The notes beneath the pieces were generated by a model. It was given only the letters and a program-made list of their open reading frames with translations. It did not search any database and was not told the DNA's origin. A stretch of DNA of 58,364 nt from Cercozoa sp. M6MM (lineage: Eukaryota > Protista > Endomyxa: Ascetosporea): the NCBI GenBank assembly GCA_040357565.1, contig JBDODJ010000070.1. One strand, written 5' to 3'. The position numbers and the translations under genes are program-made. How positions within the stretch are numbered: the stretch's first letter is position 1; every line of letters starts with the position of its first letter. Of the stretch, positions 36,501 to 47,883 are shown piece by piece.

Positions 36501-38545
36501 GACATCGCTATCTAAACTACCGATGAGCACATCCGTGTTGAAAGATCGTTCGTGGATCTCATCCACAATGATGATGTCTACACAACCAGAGTGATTGTGC
36601 TCACCATGGGCTATGTATCGCCATGTGCCATACCCCACTTTCGCAGTAGAGTGTCACGTGTCATCTCAGCCACCAACGTGCCGTCAGTCAGGTAAACGAT
36701 GCGCGCTGTCGACGGCACATTGCGATCAAACCGGACGCTGTAGCCCTGTGTTCAAAGTACTATCAAAAGTAATAAGTAGAACGAAGAAAATTACCACGAG
36801 CGACGGGTCATCGACCACATTTCGACGCACGTGTCCAGCCAGGTCCTTGGCCGCGACACGACGCGGTTGTGTCACTGCAATCTTCTACGCAAGCACGCGT
36901 GACTGACCTCGACAGCGCACTCTTTGTACAGATGCGTACCTGGCCCTCTCCAAGACACGCAGAATTCAGTAGCATTCGCGGAACTTCGGTCGACTTGCCG
37001 CTGGCAGTCGGCGCCTCCACAACCGTCTGTGGCACGTGCAGTGTTGACTACTTCAACAGAAAAACGAAGAATAAGTACCACTTGGTTGGACTTGACCATC
37101 TCAAGCATCTTGCGTTGGATATCCTCCCTCTTCAGTGGCAGTTCTGTCCCAGACCAATCAAATCACATAGATACAACAAAGTGCAGTTTCGCTCACCTTC
37201 AATTTCGTCATCGGACAGTTCCAGTCGTGGCAGACTTGAGATGTCATCATTGACAGTGTATGTCGAAAAGTGCGACGCCAACAGCGTTAACACTTGCGTT
37301 TTGCAATCCTCGTACATGCGATCGGCATGCTAAAGCAATCAAAGTCACATACTGATAGACACATCAACACACGAAGCCTCAACGTACTAACACCGCCGCC
37401 TCTTGCGCAGCCGCATTGAGGGGACCTGTTTTCTTCTCGGGTTCGTACATGTCTAAATTGAACAGCATTGTAAAAGCAAAACAGAAATGCAAAATGGAAG
37501 TGCTAAACAATATACCTTGCTGAAGCAGGCGTTGATCGCCAAAGCGCTGAGTTTCGTCGACACTCAAAATCAGCATCTGCAAAGTAAAACTGGCTCACAT
37601 AACTAACGATGACAGTGAAAGAAAACCACCGACCTCATCGAGTCGCGAGTCGTATGGCAGTTTTTGTGGCACAACAGGCGTTCGTCTCAGTTCACTTTGT
37701 GCCTCCTCGCGCAATTCCAGTTGGCAGCTTTGGGCCACACAAAAATACAAAGTGCCAGAGAGGGCAATAGATGTTTAAAAAACGCCTACCGAGTTTCTTT
37801 AATCGCCGCAAAAAGGCGTCGTGCGTCATCTTCCGATACCTCGTCTACCATGTTTACATTTAGAAGATACCAATCGAGTAAAGGAGTGCAAACGAAGCTA
37901 CCGTCATCTTCCAGCATCTCCTCAATTTCTTCAGTGCCGTATGACAGGAGATCCGACACGTTGCTGACGAAGTTATCTTCCAGCAGTTCCCGCAGCGACA
38001 CAAGGTCAAAGTGTTGCACAAACTCGTTCAACGTAGTTTCTTCACTGCGTGAATCACAACAAGCATGCCACTGTTTAACAAACACAGACTGGCATACAAA
38101 TTAACGATACCGCATGAGACCGACACCGTCGTGAATCTTTGATTTCTTGAACTGACGACGATGCGGCGGAAAACTCTCATCGCTTGCAATGTCTGAACAG
38201 ACGCTGCGAACAGATCGAAGCTGCTCCGCCTGCAATCCAAGTGCTTATAGTCTGCAAGCTGGTCGCATGAAATCCATATCTCATATATACCATCCACTCG
38301 TTAAAGCCATCGACGAGTGAGTTCAGGCTTTTGTGCAGCTTCCCGAGCAGAGTTTGCGTATCGCGGCGTGTCCCAGAAGCGTTAAGGATCCAGTTGGGCA
38401 ATTCACTGCGGAAATAAAACGAAAAGAAAGAATACATGATAGAAACAGTACCTCAACTTCTCCTCAATGCTTCTCCAGTCCTTCAACTTAACATCGAGTC
38501 CTTTGGCTGCGTTTTAAACCCGATCAAAAACAATGACTGGCAGAA

Positions 38546-38577
<32 letters not shown>

Positions 38578-38587
38578 ATACACACAC

Positions 38588-38683
<96 letters not shown>

Positions 38684-41600
38684 ACGGCGTCGATACCAGG
38701 CCGCGAAAGCAGTGTTTTCGTTGCCACAGCGAGTCGCAGGGCCTCTTGGCTGCCGATGCCATCGCAAGCCGCCACCCATTTCTGCAGAAAACTAGCCTAA
38801 GCCACGTGTGGCTGACAAAAACGAAAGCAGAACACACCCAAACATTGGCAGTCAGTGCGAGGCGATCGTGTGTGTCGCCACAAAAGTGTTCCACCTCAGC
38901 TTTCATTCTTCAAACAATCAATATGCTTGATAGTAATAACAAGCAGTGCTGTGTCTGTACCGTTCTTCTTCAGTCCATTGCTTGTCATCGGCAAAATCAT
39001 CGATCACATCAGTCACTGAAGGTAGTTCCACGCGCGACAGATTCTCTTCCGGCAGCAGCGACTCCTCAAGCAGGACCTAATATTTAGCATGTCCAAAGAC
39101 GTCAAGGTAGAAACCAAAGGCAGCAGGTCATACAAGGAACTCGTCGCCGTCCAAATCACCGCTCAGAGCGTGCGCGAGCGAGCGACGTCCACGCGACGGA
39201 AACACTAGCACTGGTGCATTCACCTGACTGCAAAAACACGATAACCTCGCCAAAGCAAATAGAAATAAAGCTATTGTACCCATTCTGGAACATGCGCTCC
39301 AGCTCTTCGTTGTGCACACTGCGCACGATCGTTGCGTCGTTCTACAAAGCGAATTATGACAGTTGACTCATTCCTACAAAACGACGGAAGTACCGGAGTT
39401 TGAGCCGGATTGCGCAGCAACAGCACTCGCTCACGTGCGATGGTCCGGAGATCACCTCTCGGTCCCGATATCGTGCTAAAAGAAGAAAACCATGCCACGA
39501 ACTGGGTCTTGTTTGTATAGCGCTAGATCAATCTACCGCAAGAAACACGTTCCCTCTTCCAGAACACCAAGTGGGTCACATACTGCCTTGATTCGGCAAC
39601 TCGGGAAGGGCACGTGAACGCGGAATCTTTTAAACTGCCGAAGCTCGTCCATTACGCGAGCGTGCACTTCCGAAAAGAAAATGTTCTGCGCCTTGAGAGC
39701 GTTCCAATCTGCTTAAACACACAACAACAATTTAGACTATAGCAGTCGAGTTTCCACCGTCCGCGTGGACCAGCTGGCGGCGCGGTTTACGTGCTGAAAT
39801 GTACCATCAGCTTGCACAGCATCAAGAAGCTCAGGCGAGAACGTGTGCACATTGCGCGAACACTGGGGGAAGGGGCGAAAACACTCAATCCGAAACGCAC
39901 AACCGTTTGTCATGGTTCATACCAAATAGTCGAACGGAATCTTTCCGAGCAGTCTTTGTGAAGATTCGGCGTCCAAATAGAGCGCCTGCACAATTTTGAG
40001 ATGCTCACAAAGCTGCAAAACGCAGAGGGCACCTTAGTCAGCGTAATCTGCTCCTCAGCGTATTTAAACACGAGTTTCTCCAGTTGGTTTTCACACACAC
40101 CGGCGTGCTATCAAAAGATAGGGTGACGAGTGCGGCAAAAAGTGGATAATTGAAGCACCTTGAGCAGCATTATAGCCTCGTGATTGATGAAGGCAGGTCG
40201 AGCCACGGTCGGACGAAGCATCTGGACCTCTACGACACTGCTCCTGTTCCAACAAAGCACTAGTACAGGCGCATTGACAAACATTGTGAGAGCAAACATA
40301 CGCTGCAGGTGCAGATCCTGGGTACTTGAGCATCGAGGCAGGCAAGAACAAGTCAGCTTGCTGCTTGTCATCTATGTGCCAATGCTGGCGAAATAAGGCG
40401 TCCTCAGTGTCAATGACAACGAGCATGCCTTTGTACGCATTCGAACAGCGCACTTGCATCGACGCTTTAGATACCAAAAAAGTTTGTGGGGTCAACAAAC
40501 ACGGAGTGTATAAGAGTCCATACAACATCGATTGAGAAACTTGGCATTTTGCGCGTCTTTTGCCGCGATTTCGCTGAGTACCTTGCGCGAAATGAAGCCG
40601 CAGCCGTCACCTGCGATTTTTCAAGCTTAGGTTCCACATGCAACAAATCCTTTGTTACTGAAAGACTCGTTTAATTCGTCGACGTGAACATCGGGAATGT
40701 CGACTTTTATCGGCGACTAATTTACAATGTAAAACTGGTTGGAGTACTTGTGAAGAAACACTCACATAAATGACAAAACAAAGTTACGATGGGCAGCGAA
40801 ACTGTCTGCGAAAAGGCTTGCCAGAGACGTTTTTGAACACGCAGCGGCGGCACTCTGTTAAACACATTTTAAAAATACCAATAAACAAGAGACTAAACTA
40901 CGAAGGGTCCATCCTGCAAATGTTCTGCCGCATCGACTTTGTGTCGAGACACGAGAGATAGACGCCATCGGTATCTCCAGTGCTGCGCCAGACACAAGAT
41001 GAGACTGATCCGACCGCCGAGTAAATTAAATCCAGTGTACACGAGGAGGAAGTTGAAAGTGTGCTGGCACAGAGTGACGCCATCATCTTGAAGTGTGCGC
41101 AGCAACACCTTTCGCAACTCAGGCGGCAGCTTGCCTTCCAGCTCATTGCCCATGCCTGCAGGCAGCACTTCCTAGAAGTACTACACACCGACAGGAGATA
41201 AAGCACAACGTACGATGCACAACCTTGAGCAACATAAAGTTTTGAGCGCCATAGCGTCGCAGTGTGTCTGACGACGAGTGCGGTTTCAGTACCAGACGCA
41301 CTCGAGTCGAGCTGACTTGAAGCAGCTTGAGCCACACGTCGCACGACTGTGTCAGCAGCGTCTTGGCTCCACCAACCGGTGACGTCTGTGACCACAGAGA
41401 ACGTTAACGCATGGCATGAGGCACAATCAAAGTACCCGCGACAGGGCCTGGTCATAGAGTTCGCGGACGCAGTTAAGGCCGCGTCGGTCGCCTGGATCGT
41501 CCTCCAATGCCAAGAACTGAAGTGCCGCCAGTTTCCTGTCTGTCTCTTCCTCTACAAGCAACAGTTCAAACAAACATACATCATCGACGCAGACAGTATC

Positions 41601-42962
41601 GTTCTCAGCCTACCGTTACACATGTCGAGCGCGAAGGTTGTCGCTCCGCCCATCAAGTCCTCGAAAGTGATCTACGCGATACTTACCTCTCAAACTTGCG
41701 GACAAAATAAGTGGACTAAATTTACGTGATTGCAAGCGCTTGCAATGGACAACAAAGCGAAAGCAGTGTCGAGGCTTCTAATTCCCCTGGCGTGGTGCTT
41801 AAGAACATCAAAAAATGGAAGCACGTTTGATGCTCTGGACAAGCAAATGATAATTCAAAGTCACATCTAAAGAAAGATCCGATCATTTACCGCAGTGATC
41901 TCAGAATGGCGCGATCTTGTTCCTTTGTCACTTGTGTCGAATGAACAGCTTCGTCGTCCTGTTGTTATATTTAAATTTTTATTTACAAACCGCAAGGTAA
42001 ATTACAACTTACCAAGTTGAGACAACGAAGTTTCGTTTTCAGTTCAATCGCGATGTTGTTGAACGCAGTTTCGTCGCTACACACACGCAGCTCACGAAAA
42101 GAAAACAATAAATTTGCAAAGACTCACTCAAACTCGAAGTAGATAATTGAAGCGTATTCAAGTGCAAAGAAGAAGCGGCGCCTCGAGTAGCAAAGGTGAT
42201 CAGCGCAGAAATTGTTGGAGTCGAGTGCACGGGCGTCCGCCGGCCTTAACAGCTCGGTGACTGACGGTTGAGCAATGTCAGACGTGTCTCCGTGCCGACT
42301 CATTCGCAGCACGTCGAAAGGAAGATTTGTTTTCACTCGAATTCGCTTGCCACGTGAATCAAGTTTGGTTGTGCCACAAACATCCTGTAGTTTTAGTCGA
42401 AGCACGTATCTCTCCGTCTCGGTTCCTGGACACAGAAGCCGTCCAGAGCCAACAAGAAGATTCATTTGTCAAAGAAGCAAAGTACCGCACTCGGCCGGAA
42501 CAGCGAACTCAGTGCACAAGTAGGTAAAGCTGTGTTTCTTGCGGATTCCAACGCGACCAATCGTCTTAAATCGTTCAAAGTCGCTTGTCTACCAGTAGCG
42601 CAAGCGACAGAATTTAGACAGCCCAGTGTTTGCTTTAGCAATTTTCGGCAAGCCTCACCAAGCCACACGAAGCGAAATGCAAAGTCGCCCGATTTGCAAG
42701 CGCATCGTCTCTGCGACGTTGCAAATCCTCGATCCTTCATTTTCGCCAAACATCCAAAAACACGAAAACCAATGATGCTAGAAGTACTGCTCGCGACGGC
42801 TGGCTAGCATTTTCAATCAGTCGAGTGTGCTGGACAGTATGAAGGTTTAAAAAGGCTGTATGCCAGCTTTTCGCGGGGTGAAAGTCTGGTTCCACTTCAG
42901 TCTTCTGGTTCCGGTACGGGAGCGATGGTCACTTTTGTACCCAGTAAATTAACCGAATCCAT
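33501..42962 (-). CDS. Cellular (RNAi-type) RNA-dependent RNA polymerase fused to a C-terminal DEAH/RHA-family helicase (HA2 + OB-fold-like tail)
   Basis: RdRP motifs in order: KRLWQAFSQT, DGCGFIS, MQVRCSNAYKGML, PASMLKY, PAFINHEAIMLL, LLRNPAQTP, LVFPSRGRRSLAHALSGDLDGDEF (DLDGD at 39143-39157), LLGKLH. Helicase motifs: APTASGKS (I), TQPRRVAA (Ia), DEIHER (II, 36552-36563), SAT (III), ILVFLTG (IV), ISTNVAETSLT|VPNVRFVVDAG (V), QRRGRTAR (VI). The single-gene fusion and both ends are inferred. Confidence 0.8.
38546..38686. repeat. (CA)n microsatellite in an RdRP intron
   Basis: Seen directly. Confidence 0.95.
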
Positions 42963-43007
42963 CGTGTGGAAGCGCTGAAATACTTGGTGTGAGTGCGGAG
43001 GCTGTTT

Positions 43008-46000
43008 ATGGATCGTGGCAATTCCCGCGGTTTGCTTTTTTTTGCTGTTGTGTTGCAGTGCGATTGTGTTTTTGCAGGCACGTCGTTGTTTTTCAACGCG
43101 AACGATGTGGAGCAGCACATGGGTACGTACAATCTACACTGCGCTCGATGGCTGGTTACATTACTCTGCTCCGTCGCGACTCCAGTGGACGAAGCCGTGC
43201 GCGAAAGTACTCACGACACTGACAAGAGACGCCGAGGCAGGAGTCGCCGCTTGACGCGGCAACAGCCGCAACAAGCCTCTGTGGCTTCGGAAGAGTCCTC
43301 CGAACCTAAACGTCATCGTCAGCGTCAGCGTCGCAACAAGCAGCGCACCAAGAAACAAGTTTCCGGTGACGATTCTTCCGTTGCGAAAAGCGACACCTCG
43401 AATCGGTCAAGTCACTCGAGCGACGCCGCTTTTGGTAAAAACAAGCGCGCTGGTGGACCAAAAAAAGCCCGCGATTCGAACAAGGCTCAGCACGCTAAAG
43501 CGAAGCGAGGCAAGGGCAAGCCCACTGCTGACGATGTTGTGGACACAAACTCATTTCTGGTCGCTCCAAAAATTCGCAATCTCGTGCGTTTTCGTGTTTC
43601 CTATGAACCCGAGATCTCGGCCAAGGCCAAGCGCCTATCCAAGCGTCTTTTGTGTGCGTACGTTTTCCTGACTCATTATCTATACTAAATCCTTTACTCC
43701 GTTTCAGGGCTCGCGAGCGACTCGAAGTGGACTGCGACATTCCGCGCGGAAGTCTGAACCGCGTTTCGTTCTTCGACGTTGACAACCCGGCCTTGCTCGT
43801 GGTACTCCTTCGTTGCTTTGTCCTGTGACTTTTGTGGTTGAAGCGGGAACTTTAGGCGCGTGACGGTGAGTTCAAAGTGCTGGAGGGTGACTACGAGTAC
43901 GAAATCACACTGCGCCGTCCCCGAGGTGCTACAGAGGCGACTCAGGGCGAAAACGACTCGAAACAAAACGAGGAAGAATCGCTGCCGCGTCTTGTGTCGC
44001 TTCACTTCGCCGATGTGATCAGTTTCGCCGATCTCCCGATTCGCTCGCAGAAGCGCATCGTTGAGCGCAGCATCGAACAGCGACTTCGCGACGCAAGTAT
44101 CTTCCCTTTCGTTTGCTGTCGATACTCAAAAACAGGCGTGGCGTTTCTCTCAGATTTTGTGGCGCTTCACAACTGCTTCCTGCCTCCTGACCGCGAGCCG
44201 ATTATTATGGTGAGAACTTTGCTTGGGTGTGACGTGAAAGCTGACGTACAGTGTAACTTTTTGCTTTCAGGCAAAGGAGCAGATGCGAATTCAGCGTTGC
44301 GTGCAGCGTACACTTTGAACAACGTGAGTTTTGGTTTCGAAACTGCTTGGTGTTCAGTCGACACGATGCACATTCCGCGCGACCGTGTCGTGTTTTCTGA
44401 GTATAATTTACTGTTTTTTAGTTTAATAAAGTGTGTTCAGAACATTTTTCCGCTGTCAGAGACGAACGCGAAATCGAAGAAATTACGAGAGACCAATCAC
44501 ACGTCATTGTTGCAACCGTACCATTAAACCTCTCACTTCTACAAACAATTGAAGCAATATCAAACAATACACAGGTGCGTCCGACGTACAAGGTCTTTGA
44601 GAAGGACACGTTGGGCGCGAAGTACCTCGCGATCGAACGCGATGTACGAGACAACAAATCGTTGTCTCCGAGGGACAAGTATTATGATCTTTTCTTTCTA
44701 CCACGTCGGTACCTTTTGTTATTTTGAAGGAAACGCGAAGTGCTGCGTCGCATGCGACTGCTCGTAAAGGATCGTCGCGCACTCGTAGAATATTCGGGCC
44801 GCATCGGTGCACCCTCGATTCTCTCTAGCCCAGAAGGATTTACCCTCGCCCCGTGTGTACTTTGTTAGAGCGCCTGAGTGGCGTGGAAGAGAAGATTTCG
44901 CACAAGTCGAAGCAAGAGTTTTCTTCGAAGGTGGGACATGTCACTTGGCATCAGAGGGACTTGCCAAGAAGTGCTTATTTTAGGGCCGCGGACCGCGCGA
45001 GATGACGTACGCCGAATACTTCGCTAAGCGCTACGGCTACAGGTGCTTTAACAAGCAGGACAAGCACATGGTCAGTGTGCTCGACGCACGTGGTCGGCGT
45101 TCCTACTTCCCACCTTCTGCGTACTCTACCCCCAACCCCCGTTGCTCTTTTACCGCTTTACCCCTTATTCCCTTACCCGTAGACTGCACCTGACGGCATC
45201 GTTCGACAACAAATCGCGCTCGATGCGTTCTGTGATGAACGAGCTGCGAGCGAAACCCTACAAGGACGCTGCTGTATCTTAACTGTTCTTCTACACTCTT
45301 GTTTGTCTTCATTCCTCTCTTCTTTATTCCTCTCTTCTTTATTCCTCTCTTCTTTATTCCTCTCTTCATTATTCCTCTCTTCTTTATTCTCTCTTCTTTA
45401 TTCCTTTCTTCTAGGAAGTGAAAGCCGTGGTGCGCAAGGTGCGCGGCTCGTCGTTGCTGCTTGTGTCGGAGTCCGATGCGCCTGTGCGTGTAACTCACCT
45501 GTCTGTTTCGCTTGTAGCGATACTGTTGTTATTCTCCGTTGAATGCAGATTCGTTTGCGCAAGATCGATCTGCAGAAGCGTCACTTTTTCGAGCACATCC
45601 CACCGCGCAGTCGCAGGTGACCTTACATCAAATGGTTTCACTTGCTTAAAGAATCTCTATCTCTGTAGTACGAGTCCGGAGAGTGCCAAGAAAATCCAAC
45701 CAATGAAACTGATGCGCATGAAGAGTGACTCAGGTACTTTAGGATACCTTTAGTGCTCGTCCGCATTTACCCCTCCCCTGCAGGTGCCTACGCGACGGAT
45801 TGCGAGCCAATGACTGACGAGAAGTTTCGATTCGTCGCACTCCTGCCATCCAAGCGTACGTTCCTTCTCGACATCGTATTTTTCGCCACTTACCCCTCAT
45901 GCAGGGTTCGACGAGAACGCCGAAAAACTGCAGCGCAAGATCGCGCGTGTGTCGTCTCTATTGCTGCTGCAGTGCGTGCAGTACGACATCGCACATGCCA

Positions 46001-47603
46001 CTAGTGAAAGAGACGGCGACGAGTACTTGGACAGCTTGCTAAGTCAGACACGTGCCAAGTTCGCCGACGGTGATGACACACGTGTTGCTCTGCTTGTCGT
46101 GCTGCCATCGGCCAAACTATCGCAGTACGCGCAGCGCAACTCGCTTTTCAAGGCACGTCTCACCGAACGCATTCGCGATCGACTAGGTACCGCTCTAACT
46201 TCGTGTGTGTCTGTGTGTCTGTGTGTCTGTGTGTCTGTGTCTGTGTCTGTGTCTGTGTCTGTGTGTGTGTCTGTGTGACTGTGTGCTGTGTCTGTGTCTG
46301 TGTCTGTGTCTGTGTCTGTGCGTTTGTTAAAGGTGGATGCATTGTATATTCTGTACAGACGGCGTCTGGTGCCAGCAGTTTGCCCTCCAGGAAAACGCTC
46401 TCGGTTCGCGTTTGAACAAAGTTCTCGCTGACCTTATGGTAGACTCCGTTTTTTTTTAAACACACAATGCGATGCAATATGGTTCAACAGGCCAAGGGTG
46501 CCGTTGTTCGCTATGGCTTTGCTCCTTGGTAGGCACCTCTCTGTTTGCATTGACGTAGGGTCTATACCGAGGTGCTTATATTGCAGTGTGCGAGGAGGTG
46601 TGAATTCCGTGATTGTGGGACTGTCTCTTTTCAAAAACAAAAACACGTCGGCGCGCTCGGTCTACTGCTACGACACGGTGTCTCACCGCGTGCTGAACGA
46701 AGTCGCTACCCACGACAGCGATGTGCTTGGTATCCAGCTCGCAGTTGTAGTGTTGCGGATTCCTGGCAAGTCTGTGTTTCAAGTAGAGTTCGACGAGCGC
46801 TCGGTGATGCAGGTGGCTCGCTTCGTTGGCAAGTTTAACCCGAACTGCGGCACTGTGTTTGTCCTTCGTGGCACTGATCAGCACGTACTCTGTCTCTTCT
46901 TCCATGTGGACACACCTAACACACTTTTATGCAGGCCATCCACACCACTGAAGTTCGTCTGCTGAAGGAGAAACTGCGTGCACACGCCCCAAATGCGTAC
47001 GGCAACACTCTCCTTCTGTGCCATGTGTTTGCGACGATTTTTTGTGCACAGGAAACTTGTGTTTGTGCGCGCGTCCTTCGGTTCGCTGCGTTTCTGGCGA
47101 CCGGAAACGGAACATTTCGTCGATGATGGCGTTGCCGTGCCAGGCATCGAGCCACGTACTGGTAAACTGAGGCCTCGCTTTCAACATCAACACAGTGTTG
47201 ACGATAGAATACGCTGATTTACACTTCCTGCAGACGTGCAAGTCTCCACAGCACTCATGCTCAACGGCAAGCTCAGCGAATACGCCGTCGAATACGACGA
47301 CAATGACGACACGGCGAAGACGAGCGAACAAGACTTGGAGTCGCTTCTTTATGTAAATCGCCCTTCTTGACCTGTTGTGCTCTCTTCAATTGTTGCGTGT
47401 TGCAGGCGCTTGCTCACCTGCGTTACCCTACTTACCGAAGCGTACAGCTGCCAGCGCCTCTGTTCACGGTATTCCCGCACTCCCCTCAAGGAAATTGCTT
47501 TGTGGGTGAGATTATAAATGACTGGCGTGACGAGTAGGCACTGCGCTACGCCACGCAGTACGCCGAGCACCGCAACTTGCTCGGTCTGGGCAATGATGAC
47601 TGA
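43008..47603 (+). CDS. Divergent Argonaute/Piwi-family protein (N, PAZ, MID, PIWI), predicted slicer-inactive
   Basis: Basic disordered N-tail, then VDTNSFLV..VRFRVSYEP (N domain). PAZ: MTYAEYFAKRYGYRC...YFPP. MID: LLVVLPS...VWCQQF...DLM|AKG. PIWI C-terminus: LAHLRYPTYRSVQLPAPLFT|ALRYA (cf. LCHLY..W...RVPAPCQYAHKLA). Confidence 0.75.
45310..45405 (+). repeat. Intronic ~15-bp tandem repeat (ATTCCTCTCTTCTTT) x~6
   Basis: Seen directly. Confidence 0.9.
46203..46321 (+). repeat. (TGTGTC)n microsatellite in an Argonaute intron
   Basis: Seen directly. Confidence 0.9.
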
Positions 47604-47883
47604 TCATGAGCCTCGGTCCAGCGCAGTGCAACACCTGCCCGTGCCGTCATGCTTTTTCGCTGGATACCGGACTGCCAGTGCTTAAAACTGAAGTACAAGT
47701 CGAGTACAGGCAGTCGATTCGTGCATTAAACTATGCTCTTTAATGTACGCGGCGATATCAAGACGATATCAAGACGTAAGACGAACGAAACTGACGGAAA
47801 CTGAAGTATGCTATGCTACGGATGACATTCAAGTTCCCCCCGTATACACGGCCATTTGACTTGGCTTGATCATACAGTCTGGC

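Noticed and set aside
38436-39087. His-Thr and Cys-Val repeat ORFs (also near 30.3 kb and 46.2 kb)
   Set aside because: Translations of intronic CA/TG microsatellites.
39100-41000. Endogenous RNA virus as the source of the RdRP and helicase
   Set aside because: The motif is the DxDGD double-psi-barrel cellular type rather than viral GDD, and the gene is heavily intron-split.
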